Positions 1 through 9,355 are shown, counted from the first letter of the stretch. The stretch: DNA of 64,000 nucleotides from Candidatus Saccharimonadales bacterium (GCA_041752595.1 JBGSWE010000007.1:76692-140691); one strand, 5' to 3'. Made by a program: numbers and translations. Notes: generated from the sequence alone by a model not told the origin.

Positions 1-1
1 T

Positions 2-307
2 TTGTTAGAACAATCAACTTTAATTGCTAGTACTCTTAGAATTATTGGTGTAGTTGCCGGTTTGTTTGGTTTAATTTTTACAGCCTGGTTAATTTATAGG
101 TTTGCAGCAACTCAACCCGAACCTACAATGACAGACGAAGAAGCGAAACTGCTTCACGAAACAGCATCATCCAAAGGCTTACATGCGGCCCCACCAGAAC
201 ACTTCAAACAAATTAGTGAAGGTAATCTATATCCAACGCCACTTAGCGGCCGCCTGGCCGAAAGACCACCAACTTCTAAAAAAGATGAAGAGAAGCCACT
301 AGTATAG
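2..307 (+). CDS. Hypothetical single-pass membrane protein, possibly 5'-truncated at the window edge
   Basis: ORF with one hydrophobic segment (IIGVVAGLFGLIFTAWLIY) and a polar tail; converges on ftsH. Confidence 0.5.
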   Translation: MLEQSTLIASTLRIIGVVAGLFGLIFTAWLIYRFAATQPEPTMTDEEAKLLHETASSKGLHAAPPEHFKQISEGNLYPTPLSGRLAERPPTSKKDEEKPLV

Positions 308-2167
308 TGCAGCGTCTTTGGGCATTTTAGAACCAGTCAAAATCGAAATTACTTCTTCTGCTTCTATTGTTTCTTTTTTTAGCAAAGCATCTTTGAGCTC
401 TTCGAGTTTGGTTAAGTTTGCTTTAATCACAATACGTGCCCTGTTAGCCGCTTCTGTAATTAGACTTTCAACTTCGTCATCAATAATCTTTGCTGTTTCA
501 TCAGAATAAACCTTGTCGTGCATCATACGATCCATCATCATACCTTCTTCAGTGTGAAATACTTGGTCGCGTAGTTTCTTGCCCATTCCTTGGTTTGTAA
601 TCATTTCTCTAGCTAGTTCTGCAGCTTTTTGTAAATCAGATCCCGCACCAGTAGTAACTCTATCAACCCCGTATTTTACTTCTTCAGCTATACGGCCACC
701 GAGCATTCTAGCAAGTACATCCTTGTATTCAATAATGCTGTGGTAGCTTTTGTCTTCTGGTGGAATAAACCAAGTTACACCGCCCGTACCGCCTCTTGGA
801 ATAATAGTAACCTTATGAACCATATCGCTATCTGGTAATACATGGCCGACAATTGCGTGGCCGGCTTCGTGATAGGCGGTTAGCTCTTTTTCTTTTTCTG
901 ACATAATTCTAGATTTTCGTTCAGGACCAATTGCTACTTTTTCGAATGCACTTGTCACGTCGTCTTGACTAATCTCTTTACGATTATTGCGTGCAGTTAG
1001 GATTGCTGCTTCGTTAGCTATGTTACCTAGGTCTGCTCCAGAACTTCCAGCAGATTTTGCTGCAAGCGAATCAAGATCAACACTTTTAGCTAGTGGTTTT
1101 TTGGCAAAATGAATTTTAAGAATTGCTGCGCGGTCTTTACGATCTGGCAAACCAATATTTACTCTTCTGTCAAAACGACCCGGACGGAGTAGTGCTGGAT
1201 CAAGCACATCAGCACGGTTAGTAGCAGCTAAGACAATAACATTGGCGCCTTGTTCAAAACCATCCATCTCAACCAAAATCTGGTTAAGAGTTTGTTCGCG
1301 CTCATCATGGCCTCCACCCATACCACTACCACGCTTGCGACCAACTGCATCAATTTCGTCAACAAATATAATACACGGGGCGTTCTTTTTGGCTTTTGCG
1401 AATAAATCACGAACCCTGGAGGCGCCAACACCAACAAACATCTCCACAAATTCAGAACCTGAAATACTAAAGAACGGGGTGTTAGCTTCGCCGGCAACAG
1501 CACGAGCTAACATAGTTTTACCAGTACCTGGAGGGCCCACTAGTAGTACACCCTTAGGAATTTTGGCACCGAGTTCTTCGAATTTTTTAGGAAATTTAAG
1601 AAACTCAACTACTTCGGCTAAATCTTGTTTGGCTTCTTCGGAACCAGCAATATCGCTAAACATAACTTTGTCTTTTTCGTTGCCATAAAGTTTTGCTTTG
1701 CTTTTACCAAAGCTCATAGCTTGGTTACCCTGCCCCTGGGCGCTCCTGAGCATAAAGAACAAAATGAAACCAATTAATATAACTGGTAGAAGCGATATAC
1801 CAAGCTGAGCCCAAATACCACCACCTTCAGATGGTTGCTCAAACTGTACGACAACCTTACTTGTATCTAGTCCGTCGTCAGCTAATGTTGCGTTGGGATC
1901 ACGCTGTGTTTTTAGAGTGGCATCATCTTTTTCGTTTTCAGTAATTTGTACATTAGATCCAGCAACCACCCATTTCTTGTGTTTGCCTTCATTTGCATCA
2001 GATATTGCTTGACTGTAAGGTATCTCGTCTAACTTACTTGGTTGGTTATAGGCCGCAAATATTACAGCCCCAATCAAGATTATCATTGCAACAAAGCCAA
2101 TATTCTTGAAGTTGTTACTTGGTTTCTTCCCCCCAGATTTTTTCGAACTAAACGGCTTTTTATCCAT
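299..2167 (-). CDS. ftsH: ATP-dependent zinc metalloprotease FtsH
   Basis: Two N-terminal TM segments, Walker A GPPGTGKT, Walker [24 protein letters not shown] and zinc motif HEAGH. Confidence 0.98.
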   Translation of the reverse strand: MDKKPFSSKKSGGKKPSNNFKNIGFVAMIILIGAVIFAAYNQPSKLDEIPYSQAISDANEGKHKKWVVAGSNVQITENEKDDATLKTQRDPNATLADDGLDTSKVVVQFEQPSEGGGIWAQLGISLLPVILIGFILFFMLRSAQGQGNQAMSFGKSKAKLYGNEKDKVMFSDIAGSEEAKQDLAEVVEFLKFPKKFEELGAKIPKGVLLVGPPGTGKTMLARAVAGEANTPFFSISGSEFVEMFVGVGASRVRDLFAKAKKNAPCIIFVDEIDAVGRKRGSGMGGGHDEREQTLNQILVEMDGFEQGANVIVLAATNRADVLDPALLRPGRFDRRVNIGLPDRKDRAAILKIHFAKKPLAKSVDLDSLAAKSAGSSGADLGNIANEAAILTARNNRKEISQDDVTSAFEKVAIGPERKSRIMSEKEKELTAYHEAGHAIVGHVLPDSDMVHKVTIIPRGGTGGVTWFIPPEDKSYHSIIEYKDVLARMLGGRIAEEVKYGVDRVTTGAGSDLQKAAELAREMITNQGMGKKLRDQVFHTEEGMMMDRMMHDKVYSDETAKIIDDEVESLITEAANRARIVIKANLTKLEELKDALLKKETIEAEEVISILTGSKMPKDAALY

Positions 2168-2223
2168 AAGACACTATTATACAGATGTCGTAGCTCTTCG
2201 GCTACAGCTTTAGTTTTTCTATG

Positions 2224-3141
2224 CTAAACAGTTTTAAATTCTGCCCTTGTTTTTGTAAAAGAAACTTTAGATTTTGAATCTAGTAAAAGTTCTGTGTTTG
2301 GTTGAGCGGTTCGAACAGCAATCGTTAATCTATCTACCAACCATCTGGATAACTGTCTTTTGCCGTTTTGGCGAAGCCATTCAGCAACTAATTCTGTGGC
2401 AACCTGGTATGGCAATACCGACACATCTAGCCGTCTGAGGCTTTGCCTACTTGGTTGAGTATGTAAAATCGTATCCAACGATTGGTCTATGGCGTTATTT
2501 AGGTCCCGCTGTCTTCTAATGAGTGCTACGAGTTTATTATAATCTCCAACAGATTTTGCTTTGGCCTTAGGTACTATCGTATGGCGGACATAATTACGTT
2601 TATAGTCTTGGTTGTCATTGGTGCTGTCTTCGTTCCAGACAAGACCATTTGATTCAGCATAAGCGCGTAGTTTTTGCTTTGGAATATGAGCAATAGGTCG
2701 AATTATTCCATCGCTCGATTTTAATGACGACATACCCTTGCGACCAGTTCCACGCATAATATTTAAAATCGCCGTTTCAATTACGTCATCCATATGGTGG
2801 GCGGTAATAACCCCCCTGGCACCACTGTGTTGTTGGACTTTTCTTAAAAACTTATATCGTGCTTCCCTGGACGTAGCTTCACTTGCCCCGGCACCTAGTT
2901 GGCCTTCTTCAAAAACAAATGGCAATTTATGTCGGTTTGCTTCTTCATGAACAAGCAACCTATCAATATGAGATATGTCACGAATTCCATGATCAAAATG
3001 CGCCACCGTAAATCGTACATCAGACTCTTTGTGTGGATATAATTTGACCAAGATGTCTAAGAGAGCCACCGAATCAACTCCACCACTAACTGCAACTACA
3101 TAATGACCTGGCTCTAGCTTGATAGTTTTAGTTATATCCAT
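2224..3141 (-). CDS. tilS: tRNA(Ile)-lysidine synthetase
   Basis: PP-loop SGGVDS, AHFDHGIR, REARY, AHHMDD and DSTN...KRNYVRH motifs; conserved tilS-ftsH order. Confidence 0.95.
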   Translation of the reverse strand: MDITKTIKLEPGHYVVAVSGGVDSVALLDILVKLYPHKESDVRFTVAHFDHGIRDISHIDRLLVHEEANRHKLPFVFEEGQLGAGASEATSREARYKFLRKVQQHSGARGVITAHHMDDVIETAILNIMRGTGRKGMSSLKSSDGIIRPIAHIPKQKLRAYAESNGLVWNEDSTNDNQDYKRNYVRHTIVPKAKAKSVGDYNKLVALIRRQRDLNNAIDQSLDTILHTQPSRQSLRRLDVSVLPYQVATELVAEWLRQNGKRQLSRWLVDRLTIAVRTAQPNTELLLDSKSKVSFTKTRAEFKTV

Positions 3142-3183
3142 GCTAAATATAGTATAGTTTATGAACTGTAAAATGCTTATACT

Positions 3184-3615
3184 TTATGCTTCAGGAAAGT
3201 AAGCACACCCGGTTCGGTACGCTTCTATGTAGTTATTCATGCAAGCAAATAAATTAACTGGTAAATCGTCCATCGGATACCAGCCCCATGATTCTAGCTT
3301 ATCTGGTTCTGTTACTTCTGGCTCGCCTGATTCCCATTCTGCAACCATTCCTATATCTACATAATGCTTCGGCAAGTACTTGCGCAGATTCGTGATACAA
3401 AGAAATCGCAGGTCTTTAATCACTATTTCTTCGCCGGCTTCTTCTCTAAGCTCACGAATTATGCTGTCTTCAAAAGATTCGTCATATTCAAAATGACCAC
3501 CCGGTCCACCAAACTCTCCTGCCCCGTGTGAACTCTTACGCTGGCCCAACATGATAAGATCGTTTTTTACAATCAGTAAGCCAATACCTACCTGTGGTCG
3601 TCCAAATTCACTCAT
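3184..3615 (-). CDS. NUDIX hydrolase (MutT/NUDT15-like)
   Basis: Nudix box GGHFEYDESFEDSIIRELREEAG and EPDK motif; start placed at the ATG (MSEF) 6 nt after a TACACT -10-like hexamer. Confidence 0.85.
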   Translation of the reverse strand: MSEFGRPQVGIGLLIVKNDLIMLGQRKSSHGAGEFGGPGGHFEYDESFEDSIIRELREEAGEEIVIKDLRFLCITNLRKYLPKHYVDIGMVAEWESGEPEVTEPDKLESWGWYPMDDLPVNLFACMNNYIEAYRTGCAYFPEA

Positions 3616-3640
3616 TGAGATAGTGTACACTCTTTAGAAT

Positions 3641-3677
3641 ATATTAAAAAACCCACACAAAGTGGGATTTTTAATAT
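3641..3677 (-). terminator. Intrinsic terminator after tRNA-Met
   Basis: Inverted repeat atattaaaaa-cccac / gtggg-atttttaatat with a T-run on the minus strand directly after the tRNA CCA. Confidence 0.7.
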
Positions 3678-3753
3678 GGTAGCGATGACTGGATTTGAAC
3701 CAGTGACCCCAGGCTTATGAGTCCTGTGCTCTAACCAACTGAGCTACATCGCC
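3677..3753 (-). tRNA. tRNA-Met (CAT), elongator type
   Basis: Reverse complement GGCGATGTAGCTCAGTTGGTTAGAGCACAGGACTCATAAGCCTGGGGTCACTGGTTCAAATCCAGTCATCGCTACCA folds as a cloverleaf with encoded CCA and resembles the elongator metT type. Confidence 0.92.
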
Positions 3754-4046
3754 TCATCGTTTTGGAAAACCTAGCTTCCCTCTTTCTAGTCCGATCCGCT
3801 GAACGGCGAAATTTTTCAGATTCGCATAAGACAAAGTTCATTTTAACATGTTTTGTATCTGTTAGCTAGATTCTTGTTTTTGGTTTTTAATAATTTTTTA
3901 TCAACCAGTATGACAAAAAGACTTCAAAATGTTGCCTTAACACTTTATAATCAGTTACAGTACAATCAAAGCATCAAGGTGTTACAATATCAATATATTT
4001 GCAAGCAATGTATTATTCATACCTGCTAAGGGGACGAGTTTAGACT

Positions 4047-5138
4047 ATGGGACTATTCGATAAAATTAAAGACAACGCCAAGACTATTAGCATGAAAGCC
4101 TTTGAGACTATTGAAGAAGAAGGTGCTGTTGAAGGTGTTAATAATACCGTACAACCAACCAAGACAAATGCCAATACAGACTCAAAAACTAGTCCTGAGC
4201 CCGTTAAAGAAGTGGTAAACGACACTGAAACCGACAAAGTTGCTGTGGCTGAAATTTTAGCTGAAGTAGAGACCACGATCGAAACTGAGCCACAACCAGA
4301 AAATGAAGAAATAGTTACTGAGGTTGAAGACGCCGACATTTTTGAAGTAGCCAATGAAGCGCTAGAAGAACCGCCCACAACACCTGAGGTTGTTGAAAAA
4401 GTCGAACTACCCAAAGCAATAATTACAAAACCAGATAAGCCAGAAAAGTCAGTTAAAACTGCTGTAAAAGAACCGGTAAAACTAACCGTTAAACAGGCCC
4501 CTCAAAATACCACACCAGCTAACCAGGAAGAATATATTCCCTATTACAAAAAGGATATGGCCAAAACTTCTAACGGGAAACGCATAATTGATGTCGAAAA
4601 AGTGCTGGCGACTGGTACAAACCGAGACATTAAGCGGCAAAAAGTTGAGGACCCAGAAAAACGAGCGATCTTAAACCGTGAAAGAAACGCGATTATTGAA
4701 CTGTCTAACCAAAGACGCCTAGAAGGCAAAATCGCCCTCTACACTACATCACATCTTAATTTCAAAACTCGCGTATTTATTAACCGAATAGAGTATAGCG
4801 GTACTTTTGGTAAGAATGTTTTGCCTATCGAACAAGTAGCCTGGATTCGCTTACGCCACGGTGGAACTGGTGTAATGATAGAAACAACCGAAGGCAAAAA
4901 AGTCGTTATGGTAATTGGTCAAAAAGACCGCCTAGCCTTTGCCGACGCAGTCATGAAAATGCAATCGTTAATACCAAAAGTGCGCAAACTAAAAGATGAT
5001 AAAACTGTTCGTTTAGATCTTATGGATAAGCTCAGTGAAGACGTCGATGACATCGAACGAATTGCAAGTTTGTACAAACGAGGTCTAATAACAAAATCAG
5101 AGTTTGAACTTAAGAAAAAACAAATCTTAGATCTTTAA
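4047..5138 (+). CDS. Hypothetical protein: acidic/disordered N-half, putative bacterial PH-like domain, C-terminal SHOCT domain
   Basis: C-terminus IERIASLYKRGLITKSEFELKKKQIL matches the SHOCT pattern; the beta-rich segment before it looks PH-like (inference). Confidence 0.65.
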   Translation: MGLFDKIKDNAKTISMKAFETIEEEGAVEGVNNTVQPTKTNANTDSKTSPEPVKEVVNDTETDKVAVAEILAEVETTIETEPQPENEEIVTEVEDADIFEVANEALEEPPTTPEVVEKVELPKAIITKPDKPEKSVKTAVKEPVKLTVKQAPQNTTPANQEEYIPYYKKDMAKTSNGKRIIDVEKVLATGTNRDIKRQKVEDPEKRAILNRERNAIIELSNQRRLEGKIALYTTSHLNFKTRVFINRIEYSGTFGKNVLPIEQVAWIRLRHGGTGVMIETTEGKKVVMVIGQKDRLAFADAVMKMQSLIPKVRKLKDDKTVRLDLMDKLSEDVDDIERIASLYKRGLITKSEFELKKKQILDL

Positions 5139-5143
5139 AACCT

Positions 5144-5227
5144 TTATAATTGCGCTATTTGTTCATCAATTGCTAGTATTGATGCGTCATTAGTTGGTAA
5201 AAGTTCGTAGTTAATTGTGTTAAACAT
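5144..5227 (-). CDS. Putative 27-aa small protein MFNTINYELLPTNDASILAIDEQIAQL
   Basis: ATG preceded by an AAGGA SD and by a consensus promoter; below the ORF-track length cutoff. Confidence 0.5.
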   Translation of the reverse strand: MFNTINYELLPTNDASILAIDEQIAQL

Positions 5228-5284
5228 TTTTTGGTCCTTTTTGTTTTTATTTTTGCCAATATTGATTTTTATGACAATAGCTAC

Positions 5285-5313
5285 ATTATAGCAAAAGTTT
5301 GTTAGTTTGTCAA
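5285..5313 (-). promoter_or_regulatory. Sigma70-type promoter for the 27-aa sORF
   Basis: Minus strand TTGACA (5313-5308), 17-nt spacer ending in TGC, then TATAAT (5290-5285). Confidence 0.75.
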
Positions 5314-5433
5314 TATTGTTTATGTTTATTGTTATAATTAACTGATTAAACCTGTAAAATAAGTTGCTATATTAACGTAATAATGCTTTACTACCTTTGC
5401 AGGTTATATCTGTTCTTAACTAGCTAAACATGA

Positions 5434-5560
5434 ATGTTCGCCTCGTTTAAACGCAGGAAGAGTTCGATAAAGTCCACTAGAATAAGTTCAGTAAGAAAGT
5501 TTGGTCGATCACTCTGCGTTTAAAAAATCGGATACTTACTTTTAAATAGTAAGTATCAGT
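5434..5560 (+). promoter_or_regulatory. Structured 5' leader of the RRM gene
   Basis: tttaaacgcag (5446-5456) pairs perfectly with ctgcgtttaaa (5514-5524); a second hairpin gatacttact/agtaagtatc (5531-5557) sits just before the SD. Confidence 0.6.
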
Positions 5561-5572
5561 ACAAGGAAATAG

Positions 5573-5878
5573 ATGTACAAATTATTTGTAGGCGGCTTGC
5601 CGTTTGCTACCACCGAAGATGAACTTCGCGACATGTTCGCAGTTCATGGTGCAGTAGCATCAGCAATTGTCGTCAAAGACCGCGATACCGGTCGTAGCAA
5701 GGGATTCGGCTTTGTCGAGTTCGAGAGCGACGACGAAGGTAAAGCTGCCGAAAAGGCCCTTAACGGGTCTGACATGGGCGGCCGTTCTATCACTGTTAAC
5801 GAGGCTCGTCCTCGTGAGGAGCGTCCTCGACGCGACTACAACGGTGGTGGTAATGGTGGTGGCAACCGAAGCTGGTAA
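5573..5878 (+). CDS. RRM (RNP-1) RNA-binding protein with Gly-rich tail
   Basis: RNP2 LFVGGL, RNP1 KGFGFVEF, and TVNEARPRE followed by a Gly-rich tail. Confidence 0.95.
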   Translation: MYKLFVGGLPFATTEDELRDMFAVHGAVASAIVVKDRDTGRSKGFGFVEFESDDEGKAAEKALNGSDMGGRSITVNEARPREERPRRDYNGGGNGGGNRSW

Positions 5879-5897
5879 ATTACTAGCTCTTGCACCC

Positions 5898-5934
5898 AAA
5901 TAAAATACCCCTCATTGAGGGGTATTTTATTTTA
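5898..5934. terminator. Bidirectional intrinsic terminator
   Basis: Perfect inverted repeat aaataaaatacccctca / tgaggggtattttattt between convergent genes. Confidence 0.85.
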
Positions 5935-5942
5935 TAAAGCTA

Positions 5943-6626
5943 TTACTTTTTTCTTAATGTAAGCCCAATACCAGCTATGCCAAGTACGGCAGCAGCAATT
6001 GCAACGTAGAGTGCTTGATCGGCAGCTTTGTCGGCATCAGCCGCTGCGGTTTGTGCACGAGCAACCTCTATTTGAGCTTCAGTTTCTGTAACTACTTTGG
6101 TAACTGAAAACGGTCCAGATGTAGAAAAATCTGGAGAGCCATCCTCTTGCTTAGGTTGTTCAGCTTCGGTTTTATCCCAAGCTACTACAACACCGTCGGC
6201 GTAAGTTTGGTAGGCCTTCCACTGTAACTCTGTTGCACTATCAGGAACTTTTGCACTAAAGCTAAATTCATCTCTAAAGCCTTTAAGTATTAGTCCGTCA
6301 CTCCAGGTAATAGACGTTATTTTAGATTCACTATGCTCTTTATCAACTTCTTCACTTTTATCGCTTGGGGTTGTCTCGGTTGTTATAGTCCAACCGGCCT
6401 TTGTTGTTGGTGTTACGTACTGAAGTCCTTCAGGGATAGCCAACTTAATTTGAGTTGTTGCCACTTCTCTTTCATTTGGTGTACCAATAGAAAAAGTAGT
6501 AAAAGATGATGTCTTGACTTCACCCGGACGTACAACCACATGGGCAGCAGCCGAACCAGCCATTAACAGACTTAGGCTTAGGGCCATAATTCCAACACCA
6601 CTTACTTTTTTAATCAAACTAATCAT
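5943..6626 (-). CDS. YcnI-family (DUF1775) copper-binding membrane-anchored protein
   Basis: Signal peptide AAA|HVVV leaves a mature N-terminal His; PNER, GWT, W..YQTY.DG.VV.W motifs; C-terminal TM. Confidence 0.85.
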   Translation of the reverse strand: MISLIKKVSGVGIMALSLSLLMAGSAAAHVVVRPGEVKTSSFTTFSIGTPNEREVATTQIKLAIPEGLQYVTPTTKAGWTITTETTPSDKSEEVDKEHSESKITSITWSDGLILKGFRDEFSFSAKVPDSATELQWKAYQTYADGVVVAWDKTEAEQPKQEDGSPDFSTSGPFSVTKVVTETEAQIEVARAQTAAADADKAADQALYVAIAAAVLGIAGIGLTLRKK

Positions 6627-6647
6627 CAAAAAACTCCCTTTATATTC

Positions 6648-7196
6648 TTATTTAGTATATCTTATCATATCTTTGCGCCTATTAAACACAGCAACAATTA
6701 CAACTCCTAGGATGACGAACGCAAAAATAAATCCCACCTCCGCCCAAGCATACCTCGGCTCATCGAGAGCCGAAGCCGTAATACCCCTATTCACACTCTG
6801 AGAATAGCGAAAAATTACTGGTTTTTGCTCTAATCTGTTCGCATCATAAATCGGTGTTGCCCTTAATTCTAAAGTGTAGGTACCTTGGACTGGAAATACA
6901 TATAACGCGCTAACCGATTGGCTACCGATTGGGTTGGTTGAAGCCTGGGTTTGCATGTTTGACGCATCAATTATATATAGTCTGTAGTTGTGTGTTTCGG
7001 TGCTTAGTTTCGTATCCTTGATATCAAAATACATACTTGCAAGTTCACCAGCAACTGGGTCATCATCCGGTGTAAGGTGCATAATGACTCCGCTGGTTCC
7101 TGTCTCGTTTGTAAAGAAAACGTGCGCAGATGATTGCTTTGGAATAAGCAAACAAATCAGGAGTGTAGCTAAGAATAAAAGACTAAAGCGTTTCAT
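6648..7196 (-). CDS. Exported protein with mature N-terminal His and C-terminal TM (possible metal-binding)
   Basis: Signal peptide SSA|HVF, MHLTPDDDP motif, beta-rich body and C-terminal TM; co-oriented with ycnI. Confidence 0.6.
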   Translation of the reverse strand: MKRFSLLFLATLLICLLIPKQSSAHVFFTNETGTSGVIMHLTPDDDPVAGELASMYFDIKDTKLSTETHNYRLYIIDASNMQTQASTNPIGSQSVSALYVFPVQGTYTLELRATPIYDANRLEQKPVIFRYSQSVNRGITASALDEPRYAWAEVGFIFAFVILGVVIVAVFNRRKDMIRYTK

Positions 7197-8027
7197 TTAA
7201 TGACCGCTCCCATTATTTATGTGATTTTCATGATTGCCATCTACTAATCGTGGTAGATAGGCAATAAATACGACTGACCATGCAAAAAATGTGATGAAGT
7301 ATGCAATTAAAGCTACCTGCCCCGCCCCTTTTAATTTCTTCTGCAAATTACGGGCGGCTCGATACGACTCCAACCCAGCCAGCACCACAAGAGCCAAAAA
7401 CAGTGACCAACGAACCCACGAATAACCTATGTGCGTACCAATCATCCAAACATGTAAAAAGACCAATATTGCTGCGACATAGCTTGTACGATGTAGCCAC
7501 TTCCATCTGGTATAGGTCATAAATCTAATCACGCTATCAAAAGATGTTGCAGCCATAATTAGCAAAAATATTAAAGTAATTCCGCCAAATATAACTGCTT
7601 GCTGAAAGCGCCAAGGCAAAAGTAGCAAATTACCGATTCCCCCTAATTGTCCAAAAACACCAAACAACATGTGTAGCAGTGCAAAATAGGCAGCAGACAC
7701 CCCAAAGGCTCTGCGTGCAAACAAATACTGTTTCATGAATCCGTCTTTGCCAAAAATACTACTTAGCGGCGAGGCAATCAGGGCTAAATACCAAAAGAAT
7801 AGTGCTGTAAAACCAAAAACCTGCTGAACACGAATTACATATAGCGTCGAGCTGATGATTTCTGTTCTTAGATATGTCACAACCATAATGCTAAACAGGG
7901 CGCTTATTAGCAAAATATAAAAGCGGCTGTTATTTATTAACAAACCAGGTCGTCTGGCAGATCTTGGCTTTTTTTCGCGTCTCATTACTAGCATAAGTAT
8001 ACTATGCATCTTAAATTGATAACTCAA
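7197..8027 (-). CDS. Ferric-reductase-like transmembrane protein (MsrQ/YedZ-like)
   Basis: RRAFG...YFALLH, AATSFD...WKWLHRTSY...LH heme-ligand pattern and a His-rich C-tail; the real start may be at 7985. Confidence 0.8.
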   Translation of the reverse strand: MSYQFKMHSILMLVMRREKKPRSARRPGLLINNSRFYILLISALFSIMVVTYLRTEIISSTLYVIRVQQVFGFTALFFWYLALIASPLSSIFGKDGFMKQYLFARRAFGVSAAYFALLHMLFGVFGQLGGIGNLLLLPWRFQQAVIFGGITLIFLLIMAATSFDSVIRFMTYTRWKWLHRTSYVAAILVFLHVWMIGTHIGYSWVRWSLFLALVVLAGLESYRAARNLQKKLKGAGQVALIAYFITFFAWSVVFIAYLPRLVDGNHENHINNGSGH

Positions 8028-8042
8028 TAAGACTGTTAGTGT

Positions 8043-8094
8043 AAAAGAAAATATCCCAGGGTTTTATAAGCGTTTTTGAGGCGCTAACCTGGGA
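8043..8094 (-). terminator. Terminator hairpin of the 8108-8728 gene
   Basis: Minus strand tcccaggtt...aaccctggga with an inner agcg/cgct stem, followed by tattttctttt. Confidence 0.6.
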
Positions 8095-8107
8095 CACGTT
8101 CCTGTTC

Positions 8108-8728
8108 TTAGAAGAGTTGATTGCCAAGAGCCATCAGCCCGTAGACTTGAGCTACAGTACCAATAACTACTAGCGGAATGACAATACGACGATGGAGCTC
8201 CAAGATGCCGGCAGCACACATCACAAAACCAGTGGCGTATAGCAGTACCAAAAGGTAAACCACTCCTCGAATTCCCCAGCGACTAAAACGACTTTTAAGA
8301 TGTTTGTTGTCACGATGATCAACTAAAGCTTCGAGGATTTTGCGTGGTTTCTTGAATGCCTTTTTGCTCTTTTTATTACCCTTCGTCGACAGTACCCATT
8401 CAGTGAAATACCGACCAAGATGGTACCAGATTGGGTCAGCAACCATTAACCTCAGACTCGCTATTATCAGCAGAGCCCAAAAATTAACATTATCCACAAC
8501 GATAGGAATCAAGTACGGATCAGGATTGAGCCCAACTACAAGTAGTGGTACATCCTCAATGAAAGGTATTAGCGCCCTGCCAGTCCACGACAAAACAGAG
8601 AGAAAAATCAGCGCAATTGGCGCAAAAACTGGAAAATCTGGCTTAACGTGAGCTGGTAATTCTTGCAAGAGATCTGGTTGGTTGGGTTCGGAAATCGGCA
8701 CATCCTCATCTGGAATGTCGATTGTCAT
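8108..8728 (-). CDS. Hypothetical multi-pass membrane protein (distantly DedA/VTT-like)
   Basis: Several hydrophobic segments; ADPIWYHLGRY resembles the DedA 'D...Y.LGR' motif; strong SD GAGGTGA. Confidence 0.6.
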   Translation of the reverse strand: MTIDIPDEDVPISEPNQPDLLQELPAHVKPDFPVFAPIALIFLSVLSWTGRALIPFIEDVPLLVVGLNPDPYLIPIVVDNVNFWALLIIASLRLMVADPIWYHLGRYFTEWVLSTKGNKKSKKAFKKPRKILEALVDHRDNKHLKSRFSRWGIRGVVYLLVLLYATGFVMCAAGILELHRRIVIPLVVIGTVAQVYGLMALGNQLF

Positions 8729-8901
8729 TTCTCACCTCATTGTTAAAGAAAGGGAACGTTAGCATTATTATATCAAAAAAACATTTTTTAAAATATTATT
8801 AATGCAATATCAATAATATTAACGTCTCCATTGACATAATTAACTTCTTAGGATACTATAAAACCTGCTTTCGTTGCGTTTATAAGCACAACGTCAAATA
8901 G

Positions 8902-8976
8902 CGCGGGGTGGAGCAGTGGCAGCTCGCGTGGCTCATAACCACGAGGTCCTAGGTTCGAGTCCTAGCCCCGCTACCA
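8902..8976 (+). tRNA. Initiator tRNA-fMet (CAT)
   Basis: CGCGGGGTGGAGCAGTGGCAGCTCGCGTGGCTCATAACCACGAGGTCCTAGGTTCGAGTCCTAGCCCCGCTACCA: C1xU72 mismatch and A11-U24 are initiator hallmarks; CCA is encoded. Confidence 0.93.
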
Positions 8977-9014
8977 AGAAAAGAGACCCTATCTTAAGAT
9001 GGGTCTTTTTTCTT
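8977..9014 (+). terminator. Intrinsic terminator after tRNA-fMet
   Basis: aagagaccc-t-atct-ta-agat-gggtcttt stem-loop followed by a T-run. Confidence 0.75.
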
Positions 9015-9058
9015 GGTCATGCTTGCATTCCAGATATTAGTTATTAAAATAAGCTACA

Positions 9059-9304
9059 ATGTTTGAAAATATACACAATATACTTCCTATAGCGAGTGAT
9101 CAGAAAACTGACCCTGAACTTGATTGGGTGCAATACCGACAAAAAAGAGCTATCGCTGAAGCCATGCTGTCGCTTGCTGTAACTTTGGATGAAAAATTAG
9201 ATGCTTCTTGTGCAGTAATGGAGGCAGACATGCTAGGCTTACGTGCGATGGCTGCTTTAAATAGTCGCGACAGAGAGCTAGGCTATATTCGCTTCAGTAT
9301 CTAG
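9059..9304 (+). CDS. Hypothetical protein
   Basis: 81-aa ORF with TAAAAT 8 nt upstream of the ATG; no recognised motif. Confidence 0.5.
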   Translation: MFENIHNILPIASDQKTDPELDWVQYRQKRAIAEAMLSLAVTLDEKLDASCAVMEADMLGLRAMAALNSRDRELGYIRFSI

Positions 9305-9355
9305 ATAATATATTTCGCTTGTTTGTTTATATTCAATCCAATAAATAACAATAGC

